Positions 13,878 to 26,790 of a stretch of DNA of 64,000 nt are shown here, in pieces. Each line of letters starts with the position of its first letter. Position 1 is the stretch's first letter. The notes below the pieces were generated by a model. It made no database searches. It worked only from the letters and a program-made list of their open reading frames with translations, and was not told the origin of the DNA. The translations under genes were made by a program, and so were the position numbers. Source of the DNA: Octopus sinensis (taxonomy: Eukaryota); NCBI RefSeq assembly GCF_006345805.1, contig NC_042997.1:76446001-76510000 (forward strand). The letters run 5' to 3'.

Positions 13878-14717
13878 CAAGGTGTCCCAAAAGTTACTGA
13901 TGGGTTTCAATTTATAATAACTTCCTTATCTTTACAACTAAATGCATGAAATTTTGCAACACCACGACATCACATATGAAAAATGACATCACTTAAATGG
14001 CAGCCATTTTTGGCTTCGCATGCCTGTGCTCTTTCCAAAACTTGCACCATAACACTCTCAAAAGTTTCAGACCCCACTTCTCTGATTTCGCTATTGATGT
14101 TCTCCTTTCGTTGCACCAGGGTCTCTGGTTTGTTGACATAAATCCTCTCTTTCAGGTATCCCCACAAGAAAAAAATCTGAACTAGTCAAGCCTGGGGAAT
14201 GTGAAGGCTATTCAAAATAGATTTCACACATGGTTCCAGTAAGATGGGGCAACTTCTCATACCGCAAGAGAAACAATGCAGTTGCTAAGGCAGTGCTTTG
14301 GAGAGAGAATAATCTCCCATTATGGCAATGTCAATTGGCCTTCACATTCCACAGGCTTGACTAGCCTGGATTTTTCTTGTGAGGATACTTGAAAGAGAGG
14401 GTTTATGTCAATAAACCGGAGACCCGGGTGCAACTGAAGGAGAACATCAATCGAGAAATCAGAGAAGTGGGGTCTGAAACTCTTGAGGATGTTATGGTGA
14501 CAAGTTTTGGAAAGAGCATGGTTGTGTGAAACCAAAAATGGCTGCCATGTAAGTGATGTCATTTTTCATATATGATGTTGTGGTGTTGCAAAATTTGACT
14601 TGTGTATATTAATTTCCATTATGTCCTTTATATTGTATCAAAATTTCATGCATTTATTTATAAAATTAAAGAAGTTATTAAAAATTGAAGCCCATCAGTG
14701 ATTTTTAAGACACCCTG
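13878..14717. mobile_element. Tc1/mariner-derived fold-back element built from two right ends
   Basis: TA|caaggtgtccc ... gacaccctg|TA; both arms carry the transposase C-terminus (WGYLKERIYVNKP...NGCHLSDVIF) in opposite orientation. Confidence 0.85.
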
Positions 14718-15178
14718 TATAAAGCTTAATGTTTCAAACAGTTTTGACTATTTGTCAACAGCTGTTTGGGCTGGAAATGTACTTAAACTACACATTCCTT
14801 ACCATGAAGCAGCAAACTTGTTGAACTGCTAGAGTGTTAGAGAAAATGCCTTGCAGTGTTTCTTCTGGTTCTCTGTGTTCTCAGTTCAAATTCCGATGAG
14901 GTCAACTTTGCCTTTCATCTCTCCAGCATTGATAAAATAAAGTACTAGTCAAGGACTGGAGTCAATGATATTAATTAAACCCCTCCCCTCAAAATTGTTG
15001 GTTTTGTGCCTAAATTAGAAACCCTTATTTCATACCAGGTTCTTCTGCATTATATATTATACTATACTATAGACTTTGCCTTTCATCCTTTTGGGGTTGA
15101 TAAAATAAGTACCAGTCATGCACTGGGCTCAATGTAATCAACTTCCATGAAACTGCTGGCCTTGTATCAAAAATTCAA

Positions 15179-15209
<31 letters not shown>

Positions 15210-15430
15210 CCTCCTTCTCGAGAGGATGGACGTATGTGAAGCAGCTCCACGAGTTTTGTGCCAATTTGATTGGAAATTTCTCTAAAAGTTTTTGTATTTT
15301 TTGATATTTGTGTGGCCAAGCCAACTAACTTCTAGTGGAGCTAGTTGGCTCAGCAAAATTTTATCCCATTGGGGGTAAAATTATGTTTTGAAATTTGATT
15401 TTGCATACATTTTCACTTAAAATTTTAAAT

Positions 15431-17022
15431 ATGGCTTCGAAGAGAACTGGCTGTTCTCTTCTTCAAGTTTCACCCCCAATACACGAAAAACATTTTTTAA
15501 CGGCTCCAAACCGCCCATTTCGTGCCTTAAAAGGCATAGAAAATATTTCGAAGGAATGTGTCGGCACGCAAAACGTTCTAAAGAAAAGTGACAACGATGG
15601 CGTCACCTTTGACGTCATTGAAGATTTTCCTTCTCTTCCCTCCACCAGTACTCCAGTACTGGAGAAGGACGGAAGAAAGAGCGTTGCAAAGAAAAGCGAC
15701 AACGATGGCGTCACCTTTGACGTCAACGAAGATTTTCCTTCTCTTTCCTCCACCAGTGCTCCAGTACCGGAGAAAGAAGGAAAGAAAATGACCAGCAGCC
15801 ACACCGACACCACCACCAGCAACAACACAACAAGCCATCGTAGCAATTTCGCCTCCGCTGCAAAAGAAAACTCGGAGGAAGTAAAAGTCACGATGGACCA
15901 AATAAAAAGCGCAAAGGAGTTGTTGAGAATAGAGGGAAACAGTGTTTTCCTCAATACACCTCAACAACTCATACAATACACAAACAAGAAAACAATATTT
16001 TACAAGGTTTTCGACAAGAAAAACAAAAGACTAATCAACGCAACACCCCAACAATTGGAAATAGCTCTGAAGCCCATATGGGGCAAAAAGAGCTATGTCA
16101 CCAGAGGGAAGTGTTTCGGAACTGTGGAGGTTCGCTTCCCAACAGAGGAGGATGCAAGGGCGCATGCCATTTCGCCCTTGCAAAATGAAAATTTGTTCCT
16201 TGTTCCAACATACCTCGGGTGGAAGGTCCAAAAAATAAAAATCGACATAGTACTCCCCAAACTAAATATATCATGGCTGGTGGCAGCTGTCCTCTATGAC
16301 ATAGAGGACACTGCCACTATTCTAGATATACGAAGAGTGAAGGAAAAAAACTGGTCAGGTATGGGAGTTCAACTGCTGGTACAAATCCAGCAGGAAAAAA
16401 TTAATGCCATACCTGACTTGGTAAATTTGCCGGACGGCACCAGGCTGCACGTTGCTGTGGAGGGGCAAAAGCCAAAATGTTACCTCTGCAGCAGCGAAAG
16501 CCACCTAAAGAGGGACTGCCCCATTTAAAAAAAAAGAATGGAGGCAGACGGCAATAGGCAGCAGCAGTAGCAGCAACAACAACAACAGCAAGAAACACCA
16601 AAGGCTGCCACACCACCAACACCATCACCACCATGACGAACGACACCACCTCCAAGAACCACCAAACTAACACCAACCCCAGCACCAAGAAAAACAACAA
16701 CAAAACAAAAGGAAGAAGAAGAATCACCAACACCGTCACCATCACCAACAGGGACAGCAACACCACTGCCACCAGCAGAACCAACAATTTTTTGCCCTGC
16801 TGCTGAAGCGGACCCGACAGCCATCCCCTTTCACACAACACACCACCAGCACACATTCTCACCATCAAAATTAACCAAAAAACATAGTGACATAAAACAG
16901 ATATTCCCTAACGATGTCGGATCACTAGGGAGAAGTTTCTCAAAGAAACTTTATAAAAATGTTGTAGAAACACCCGTGCAAAAGCACAAGGGAGCCACCC
17001 CCACCACCAACAACAGTAAGTA
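15431..17022 (+). pseudogene. Tx1 ORF1 (gag-like, CCHC zinc knuckle); open to 16528, then a frameshifted Thr/Pro-rich tail
   Basis: MASKRT...; CYLCSSESHLKRDC = CX2CX4HX4C; stop at an A-run at 16526-16528. Confidence 0.8.
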
Positions 17023-17045
17023 GAGCCTTTTTCTCCTTTTATTTT

Positions 17046-20000
17046 TTGTCACCTTTGAAACATGGTTGCTTGAATGTGAGAGGCCTCGAATCACTTTGGA
17101 AACAGGGTCACCTGTTAAACAACCTGAGGTTTCATGATGTGGATGTAGCAGCCATTAGTGAAACCAGGCTCTCTGACCCACAGGAACTCGCAGCCCTTTT
17201 CGGCGGGTACGAGATCTTTCTATCTCCGTGCCGGCCAGGAGTGGGCAGTGGTGTTACTGCGGTGTTGTTTCGGAAGGGCCTGGACTTGAAGGTAAGTTGG
17301 TGGTCCTCGATGTAGACGGTAGTGACAGCGGTGCTTTCAGACTGCTGGCTGCCTACGCTCCAACAGGAGCAGGGCAGTCGGATTATTTCAAACGTCTGGA
17401 AGTTTTCCTGGGAACGTCATGCACTCTAGTGCTAGTTGGGGATTGGAACGCTGTCTTAGACGAACGTTTCAATCAGGTGGGCAGGGGAGCATCTGATAGG
17501 AGAGGAGGGTGCAAGAGCCTTGCCAACCTACTCGGACACTTTCAGCTGTCCGACAGGTTTCGACTAGACAACCCGAACGTGCCAATGTGGACTTGGACCA
17601 ATCGCATCGGGTCGTCTAGATCTTACTTAGATAGAGTGTTTTGTAGGCCAGCGGATAAGGACAGCATAGGGTGTCCACAATTCCACCTAGTCAACTACAC
17701 GGACCACAAATTCGTGATCTGTACGGTCGACTTAGATAGGCTACATAGACAGGGACCCGGCTACTGGAAGCTGAACATGTCGTTAACAGCATGCAAAGCT
17801 TACAGAGACCGGATTAGTTTATTAGTTAAGCGGGTGCTCACGGGGGCAATCATCAACAACAACTGGTGGTTTGCCCTCAAGAGAGCAATTAGAGTAGAGT
17901 CGATTAGGTTTAGTAAGACTCTAGCTATTGAACGTAGGAAGAGAGAGCGGGATTTAGTTAAGAAACTAGACAAGGCTCTTGAGACTGGCATCGTGACCGA
18001 CGTGTTGGCAGCAAGGTTGGCCCTCGACCAACACTTTGACACCAAACACGAAGGCTGCGTTGTCAGAGCTAAGGCATGTTCGCTAAGCGGGGAGTGGACT
18101 AGAGTCGCTCGATGGGCCCGCGTGGCGGAGGCGAAGCGAGGCAACAAAGCAACCATTCAGTCTCTGGCGGATCAGAACGGGCGTGAGGTTACCGAACTGA
18201 AGCAGATGTGTGCGTTGTTTCAGTGGCACTTTACTCAACTGTTTGGGACGAGCGGTGGAACGGACAATGGTAAAGACTTGGGTGTGTACCTGGACGGCCT
18301 ACCGCAACTCTCGGACAGCGAGGCAGAGTGCTGCGAAGGACCGATATCTGCCTGGGAAGTGGAGGAAGTAATGAAGAGTTGCACAAGAGGTAGATCGCCG
18401 GGCTTGGATGGTCTGCCGTACAAGCTTTACACTTCAATGCCAGACTTGTTTGCGGGCCTGTTGGCAAACGTCTACTGCAACTGGCAGCAAAACGGGAGAA
18501 TTCCTGCTTTTGTCTGTCGAGGGGTGGTGGCTTTACTAAAAAAGGACCCAAACAAGGAGGACATTATAGAGAATTTTTGGCCTATCACTCTGCTCAATGC
18601 AGAGTTGAAGATTTTGGCCAAGGTGCTAGCCAAGAGATTGGCGCTTGTCGTGGACAAGCTGGTTGGCAAGACGCAGACATGCACCCTGCCGACCAGGTCG
18701 ATACACGACAACCTCCATCTCATGCGCTACATCATAGAGAGGGTGGGTAACGACGCTGGCGCGGGTGGGGCTTTGATCAATTTAGATCAGAGTAAAGCCT
18801 TCGATAGGGTCAACCATCGGCACCTGGCAGCTGTTCTCAAGGCAGCTGGCTTCAGTCCAATCTTCCGCAGGTGGATAGCTGCTTTATACAGCAACATCTG
18901 CTCAGTGATACGGGTAAACGGTCACCTTTTGGAACCATTTGACATCTCGCGTTCAGTCCGCCAAGGATGCCCTCTCTCCTCCCTCTTGTACATATTGGCT
19001 CACGAGCCATTACTGCGCAAGTTGGAGGCTTTGAGGGGTATCCCGCGCGATCTAGGAGGTGGAAACAGCGTGTCTGCCTATGCCGACGACGTCACTGATT
19101 GTGTCGAGCCACAGGCACATTGACCTGATTGGCGAGACACTAGATGAGTACGAAGTGGTGACAGGGGCAAAGATTAATGTGGAAAAGTCTGTGGGCTTGC
19201 AACTGGGCACCTGGAGAGGCAAGCCCATGCCATCCAACAGCGTCGTAGGGCGCTGGACAGACGGACCCGTTAAACTGCTCAGGGTCTGGTTCGGTCTGGA
19301 CCTCCAGGTGGATAAAAACTGGGAAGAAGTGACGAGCAGGGTGGCACGTCTCACCCAGAAATGGGCCAAGAAGAAGCTGTCCCTGAAAGGTCGAGTGGAG
19401 GTAGTGAATGCGTACATCGCATCCATCATCTAGACGGTGCAGAGGTGTGGTCGTCTTTTGTCAAATGCAATTCTCCACAGCTCGTCTCTTTGATAGAGCT
19501 GCAAACCTGGATCAATCATAGACCGAGAAAGGGCGCTTGGCACCTCGAGTGCCGTCAAGCTCTCTCCACCCTCTGCCAGGCGGGCAATGCGATCGGTTTT
19601 AGTTTCACTCTAGCATTCTATAGAGGGTTAGTGGAGGAAAAATGCGACGATGTTCTTGGGGAAACTCTAGGCGTTGATGATAACGAACTGAGCGGTCTGT
19701 TCAGAAGGACTTTCGGGCTGGGGCCAATGGATAATTTCCAGAGGTCGCTGGCCTGGCAGTGCTACCGAGGGGCTCTGCCTGTTTGGGATAAACGCTACTG
19801 GCACGGAAGTGCCGTCAGCCGGGCCTGCCCGAGGTGTTGCCAGGACAATGAAACCGTTCTGCACGCACTCATCCAGTGCCTGAGTATTGCTGAACTATGG
19901 GTTTATGTCGAACAGCTACTGTCACATATAGGACGGATCCGGCTATCAGTTGAATCCATAGTGAAGATTGCCCCACCGACCTCCTTTAACAAGGAAGGCG

Positions 20001-20242
20001 AGGCTGTTTTCCTGTGCCTAATGGCTGTGACGAAAGAGGTTGTATGGTGGACCCGTTTGAAAGGGCTAAAGTCAGACACTTTCCTCTTTGGTCAAGGCCT
20101 CATCAACTTTTTCAAGTTTCACTTGAAAAGGAAGATGAGGTTAGAGAGGAGAGTGCTGTCTGATAGCAAGTTTTCTGAAAGGTGGGTGAATTGTGCAAGA
20201 ATGGCCAGTGTAAATGGACCAATTCTCAGGTTTTGCCTGTGA
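17046..20242 (+). pseudogene. Tx1 ORF2: apurinic-like endonuclease + reverse transcriptase + zinc finger, with three frame breaks
   Basis: CLNVRGL, ISET, YAP, GDWN, YLDR, TDH (APE); SPGLDGLP, LDQSKAFD, VRQGCPLS, YADD (RT); CPRC..ETVLHALIQC; breaks near 17295, 19097 and 19430. Confidence 0.92.
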
Positions 20243-21420
20243 TTGAAAAAGGTTTTATGAAAGGAGAAAGGGGCTCTCTACCCCCCTTTTTGACCAGGCT
20301 CCCGTTGGCTTTTATGGGTTTTTCCACCAGGAACCTTTCGTAACGCCTCCCCCTATTGGGAGTTTTTCGTTGTTATATTATTTCATTGTTACACTGTTTT
20401 TACACGATTTTTTCACAAACGGACAAAACCCTTTGTAACCTTTCGTCCTGTTTTGTCCCTTTATGTTTTCTAATCATGTGTGTCAGCCCTTGTGGCCAAT
20501 AAAAAGAATTAATTATTATTATTATTATTGATCATCACCATAGTTGCTGCCATTATTTTCATCATTACAATCATAATTATTGAAAATGCATAACCTACTG
20601 TTACCCTTGTTTTTTTTATGCTATTGTGCTTCCTTTGATACTCATATTTATTTTTCTTTCTCATCCTATACTCTGGGAGACAGTTTTGGTTACTATTTCA
20701 GTTGCCTTTCTGTACTGTAACATTTGTGCACAGTATAATTACTTTGTGCTTTTAGGTTTTGTTTTCCTTTCTAATGAATTGAAGAAACTCTTAATATAAA
20801 ATATATTTTTGTCAATATATATAGTATCTTTGAAACCATAAAATATCTTTGTACCTAACCAAATTCGGCTGTATATTTTAAAAATATAGGTAAATTAATA
20901 AGCTGCCTTCAGAAATAATTATTCTTATTGGTATCTGACTATAATTGTAGAGAGAAAAATAATTTTGGATAATTTCTTTCAATAGAGAAATATTGAAATA
21001 CATATTTTTTGGCAATGTTTTTAGTCTTTTTGCATTTTAGGCCCCCAAAAATTTTTTGTCAATGAATAATTCTTTAAAACTTAATACTGCTTCATAAATT
21101 TTGATATTTCAGAAATTAATAAATATATTTTGATTATAATTTGATGCATTTCATTTTGATTGAGAAGTGGCCATAATTAAGAGGACTATAAAATATCATG
21201 GCCAGGATTTAAAGAAGAAAATGTATTAGCTAGTTTTCTAATTTTTTAACTAATGAACCACCATTAGAAAGTTCATAAAAGTTACCATTAAAAGGATTGG
21301 ATGATGATAGTATAACTTTGAATGTCCTCTTATAATAATAGTAGAATTAAATACTTCTTGTTATATATTACAATGTAATGTATGCTTCCATTATTTATAT
21401 GTTTTTGCCATATTTCTTAG

Positions 21421-21649
21421 GTCCAGCTTCTGGTAGGATCTGTGCAGCTGTTATAAGTGAGAACCATAATATTTCTGTACAGGAATCTGCACATTGGGCC
21501 TATGGGGTTGTGCCAGATGTTAATGAATGTACACTTGGTCTCCATAAATGCCATCCAAATGCAACTTGCTATAACACCTTAGATTCTTATACATGTAAGT
21601 GCAAACGTGGCTTTGTGGCAGTTAATGGAACCAAACAGTGTAAGAAAAC
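21421..21649 (+). CDS. MEGF8: MEGF8-like internal exon 3 (PSI end + calcium-binding EGF)
   Basis: tttcttag acceptor, GTAAGT donor; WAYGVVPDVNECTLGLHKCHPNATCYNTLDSYTCKCKRGF matches MEGF8 WAYARCPDVDEC.LGL..CHP.ATC.NT..SY.C.C.RG. Confidence 0.92.
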
Positions 21650-22415
21650 GTAAGTAAAATTATTTGTTGCTTTTATTACTCAAATAATTTCTTAAAAAGA
21701 ATATCACTGTTGAAACTAATTTCTTTTTATTTGTATGTGTACTAAAATACAGCTTTTAATTTTTGGTATCAAATAATTTCATTATGGAGAGTTAAGGGTA
21801 TGTACTGTTAAAATAAGAGGAAGAGAAAATGACAACTAACAGTCTGTTAGTTTCTCTGTTAACAATGTAAGTTAAATGAAAATGAATTAAAATTGATAAA
21901 AAGCTAACAAAGGAATGATTGAAAATTCAAGTGTAGCAACAGTTACTAAATATATTTTTACTCTGTTACAGAAAGGTATTGAAGATATTTTGAATTCTTG
22001 CATTCAGGTTAAGAAAAAATGCAGTAAAAATGGATGTGTGTGGTCTTTGTTATTGATGTATGGTTCCAAAAATAAATTGAACTTTTTCTATTTGTTTCTT
22101 GAAATCTGCTCCACAACACTAATTTTTTTAATATTGCCTTCTATTTTGACCTTGTTTCTGTGCCCTGGCTGGTTATGAGCTATCAAAAAAATGATTTAAT
22201 TTCAATATAGTATTCTGACCGGTACATGTATTGTTAGCTTTTAATTTTGTTTTATACATGTAATCCAGGTGGTCATGATAATTGTAACATACTACTGTAC
22301 GTCTCATATATGGTTGGAAGATAATTCCGTGTACAAATGAAACTAAGACAATGAAAAAATAATAACATTTTACTGATAACATTGCATTGTTGGATTACGG
22401 TTTTTACCAACTTAA

Positions 22416-23443
22416 CCCTTTTGTTACCAAACCGCCCAAAGCCGCCCGAATTTACCTGTTCATATTTAAATGAGAATATCAGAGCAAATCTTTTTAGTAC
22501 GTTCGTGAAAACACGTATTATACTTCGTAAACAGTTCAACTACAGTTTTGTACAATAATGAAAGTGTAATTTTAATTCCGTGAATTTTGGGAGATTTTTT
22601 TCCGAAATTTGTTCCTATTGTGTTTTCAAAATTTGTAATTCTGACAAAAAATGGATATGAATTTCATTATATCAAGCAGCGAGTCAGAATTCGAAGGATT
22701 TTCTACTGAAGACCTTCATAAATCTAACTCTATGACTGAAAAAAAAAAAGCACGTGGTATTTGATAATGAATCTGATGTTTCATTTTCCGAAAGTGAAAA
22801 CTGTGAATCCGAGATCTCCGACAGCGATAAAGAAAATGAATTGGCACCTGAATGGAGTGAAAATTTAAAAACTGTTTCTTTCGGTGATTTTTCTGAAGAA
22901 ACTGGACCAAGCCACAGACTTTCCCAGGAGAGTAAAGCCTTAGACTATTTCTTTTTACTTTTTCGAATGAGCCTATTTGAAATCATTACGGCGGAAACGA
23001 ACTGTTACGCTAAATGTAAACAAAGCGAAAGAAACGATAGTTTGTGGTTTCCCACAACCTTAAATGAAATTAAGACTATTTTGCCATAAATATTATTATG
23101 GGTATCAGAAAGTTACCCAGAATAACAAATTCTATCGTAAAATTTTGTTGTATACCCAATTGAATATTAGCTATAGCGATGTTTGAACAAAATTTTAATA
23201 ATTTTATATTTTGTTGAATTTACCTGTATCTACCTGCAATTAGAGTCACTTTGTGACAAAAATTATAGTATAGAATTGGTTGAGAATATTTCATTAAATT
23301 ATCTTCCAAAAATCAGATTAATATATCGATAAATAAAAAAGTTATAGTTGTTTAATGAAACCAGACTAAATTTATGATTACGTTAGAAATTAATTGAAAC
23401 ACACAAGGGGTGTAATTTGGTCAGAAATATAGTAACGAAAGGG
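22416..23443 (+). mobile_element. Non-autonomous piggyBac with N-terminal transposase fragment
   Basis: TTAA|ccctttt gttac ... gtaacgaaaggg|TTAA; ORF 22754-23089 has an acidic N-terminus, LDYFFLLF..IITAETNCYA and WFPTTLNEIK. Confidence 0.9.
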
Positions 23444-23590
23444 TTAAGATGATTTCTTATTGAAATAAATTTGATTATCTAACTTATGTTAAAGATACTT
23501 GGGAGCCTTTTTAATAATTTATATTGTGAAAATGATCAGGTGTGCTTTTAATTGAAATTGTTTATATTTATATGTGCTTTATATCTTCAG

Positions 23591-23817
23591 ATGCTACTAT
23601 GATTGTGTTCATGGCAAATGTTCTGGTGCCCCAGACTATAAATGTCAATGTGATATTGGTTGGACAGGAGCTGAATGTAATACTAGCTGTGGTTGTAATG
23701 GCCACAGTGCCTGTCCTAAGGGTATTGGCATTTGTGAAGAATGTCACCATAATACTAAGGGTCAGTATTGTGAGTTATGTCAGCCAGGAAGCTATGGTGA
23801 CCCAACCACTGGTCAAG
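23591..23817 (+). CDS. MEGF8: MEGF8-like internal exon 4 (EGF + laminin-EGF)
   Basis: tcttcag acceptor, GTAATG donor; CYYDCVHGKCSGAPDYKCQCDIGWTG...CGCNGHSAC...CEECHHNTKGQYCELCQPGSYGDPT. Confidence 0.92.
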
Positions 23818-24619
23818 GTAATGATTTTCTTACTGTTATTGTTTTACTTGTTATTTGATTGTGTCCATGCTGTGGCATACCTTCTTGGGTATAGTCAATT
23901 ATATCAGCTCAGTGCTTATTCTGTCAACCTTAGATGGATGAAGGCAAACTGTACCTTGTGTGAAGTCTGAATTCAGACATACAAAAAATTGTAAACAAAT
24001 ACAAGGTTTAAAGCTCAATAAATTCTGCTATCCCATATGCTATATTTTGCAGAGTTTGTGCATGTATGTATGTGTGTGTACATATATATATATATATAGA
24101 CACAGGTATGACTGTAACAGTATTAACAAAAAACTAGTGAAAATATATTTGATATTTTAAACTTCTAAAACATGTCAGTAAATCAGCTGAAATGATTACA
24201 CAGTTCATCTCATCTCGTTCTCTTCACTCAATCCTGGGAACATCATAGGAGGCAGAGTTCTCAAGCATGCCTTCCATAGGCTTCTATCAGTAGCAACCAT
24301 CTCCAGTTAATCCTGATGGGTCTTCTACTGGTTAGTTTTGCTTGTAAAACCTATCCAATGATTCTTTCCTAAGTCATTCTTCCCATATGTTCATAGTATT
24401 GGATCTGTGATCTCTCAGTTCAAAGATGTAACAACTCTATCTGGAGCAGCTCTCTGATCTCTCAGCTATGCACTCTATTGAGTAATGTTTCTCCATAGAC
24501 CTTTTGGAAGAATCCTCTCTCAGCCCTTGTATTCCTGTTTGCATTCTTTTGATCATTAACCAAGATTCATGACTATAGGTAAAGGTAAGCATGAACACTG
24601 AGATAGTGAGTTTGGCTTT

Positions 24620-26790
24620 TACACTTACCTCACTTCTGATGACTGAATGTTGGAGCTGAACTTCACTCAGTCTAATCTTATTCTAGCAGCTATGCTTTAG
24701 GAACAACTTTCCCCACTACTAACTTTGTCAGCTAAGTAACAGAAATTGTCTACTACTTTCAAGAACCCCACCACTGACATTTGAGGGAGTCTTTTTTTTG
24801 TGTATTCCTGGTGTTTAATATACCTGTACATCTGCCACATGTAAAGACTACTCTCTATGTTAGTCTTCTAATGATACTGCCGCACCTCTTATATGTCCAT
24901 AGCCTGCACTGGGTACACCTAATAGTGTTTCTTCCGACAACTTTTTTACATATTGAGCAAGGTAGTCTCCCTGAGGGGCTCTGTGATTTATCTGTTTTCA
25001 AACTTATCAATACTTTGGTCTTTGCTAAATTAACTCTAGGGCCTAAAGTTTTTTCTCTTATTCTGGTAGTGGTTCAGCAATAAGAACAAGGTCATTGGCA
25101 TAGAGGAGCTCCCAAGGGCAGCCAGTCTTAAATTCCTCAGACATAGTTTGGAGGACCATGACAAATAAGAGGTGGGGCTAAGAACTGAATCTTGGTGGAC
25201 TCCTACTTGTACACTAAATTCCTTGCTATACTAATTGGTAACTTTCACCTTACTAATTGCATCCCTGTACATGGCTTGTACAGCTCTCACTACCCACTCA
25301 TCTATCCCTAACTTCCACATTGCCCACCAGATAAGGGAGCTGAAGACCCTGTCAAAGGCTTTCTCCATGTCAACAAAAGCCAAATACAGAGATTTATTTT
25401 TGGCCAAGTATTTCTCCTGCAGTTGTCTCATCAGAAAGATATCATTGGTGGTGCTTCTCTCTGGCACAAATCCAAACTGCATCTCGTCTATGCTAATTCT
25501 CTTTCTAATTAATTGAGCTATGACTCTTTCTGTAACTTTCATCACCTGGTCCAGCAATTTCATGCCTCTGTAATTATTTCTGTGTAGGGCACTACCTTTG
25601 CCTTTGTAGCAGCTGACTATAATGTTGCTACACCAATCATTGGGTATGATTCCCTCATGGACAACCTGATTAACTATATGAGTGACCAGGTGATATCCTA
25701 CTCTGCCAGATATTTTAAGCATGTCAGCCATGATTCCTTATGAGCCAGAAGCTTTCCTTGTCTTTATATCCTTAATTGCTTTATTTACTAAGATACTGTC
25801 GATTCAAATAGCCAACCCACATTAGGCAAGCTCTTCTTCTCCCATGCATTCTCTACATTTAGCAACCTTTCATAGTGACACTTCCAAGCCTCCTTCTTTG
25901 CAGAATCACTGACTGCAAGTGAGCCATCATCCATGTGAACACATTCCTCTCCTACCACATCATGATTTTCTCTGACACACTCTTGCAATCTGGAACACTT
26001 CAAGCCTCTGGTCTTCATGTCGCAGAACATTGGCAAACTTCCTCCTTTCTGCTTCTCCCCTGGCTAGGTAAACCTGTCTTTTAGCCTCCCTCTTAGTTAC
26101 CTGATATAGTTCTCTGCTGCACCATTCTTCCAATCCTGTTTCTCTGCTCTAATGGTCTTATCTACAACATTGTTCTATCACCATGTCACCCTAGGTCTGG
26201 TTGGGACTTTGCTTCAACCACAGATTTGGTCTGTGGCTCTCAGCAAGGTGTCCTACAAGAACTTCCAGTTGCCCTCTATGTTACAAGTCTATAGTTCCTC
26301 TTTCTTCTCATTAAATTTCTCAGTTAGGGTGTTCTTAAATTTCTGAATGTTTAAAGGATCCTTAAGCTTCAAAACCCTTCTTTTCCAGATTGGTCTGCTT
26401 CTTGGAATCCTTCTGGCCTAAAGTCTAAAGTCATTAGTGACCAGTCTATGTGGGGGTGTGGGGTGTGGTACATTCTTCTCCAGTGACCGTCTTTGAATTT
26501 ATGAGCAACCATGTATCTCCCTCTCTGTGAGAATGTAATCAATCTTGCTAGCATGGTAACCCAATTGATAGGTTATCAGGTGAATGGCTGGCTTCCTGAA
26601 GTTGGTGTTGCAGATCATTAGGTTATTCGCATCTCAGAACTCCAGTAGCCTTGTCCCCTCTTTGTTTTGGGAACCACTTGCATGACTTACATGTACACCA
26701 TAGAAGATACTTGGCTGCTGTCAAACAAGTACATTGAAATCACCATCCATAAAGATGTGGTCATTGTCATTTGTCTTTGAATATTAACTA
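24620..26790 (-). mobile_element. RTE-clade LINE (endonuclease-RT fragment, disrupted)
   Basis: ORF 25231-25731 NYRGMKLL...QFGFVPERSTTNDIF..LYLAFVDMEKAFD; LYAND near 25100; DGDFN near 26740. Confidence 0.88.

Larger units (their letters stand above)
15210..20510 (+). mobile_element. Near full-length Tx1/L1-clade non-LTR retrotransposon inserted in (ATT)n
   Basis: ORF1 with zinc knuckle; ORF2 with APE, RT and C-terminal zinc finger; AATAAA at 20498-20503; (ATT)n at 15183-15209 and 20512-20529. Confidence 0.92.

Noticed and set aside
15463-18723. Antisense ORFs over the Tx1 element
   Set aside because: Shadow frames of ORF1/ORF2 with no independent motifs
21378-23858. EGF ORFs as stand-alone small genes, or as attractin
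   Set aside because: They are spliced exons, and the domain order and motifs fit MEGF8
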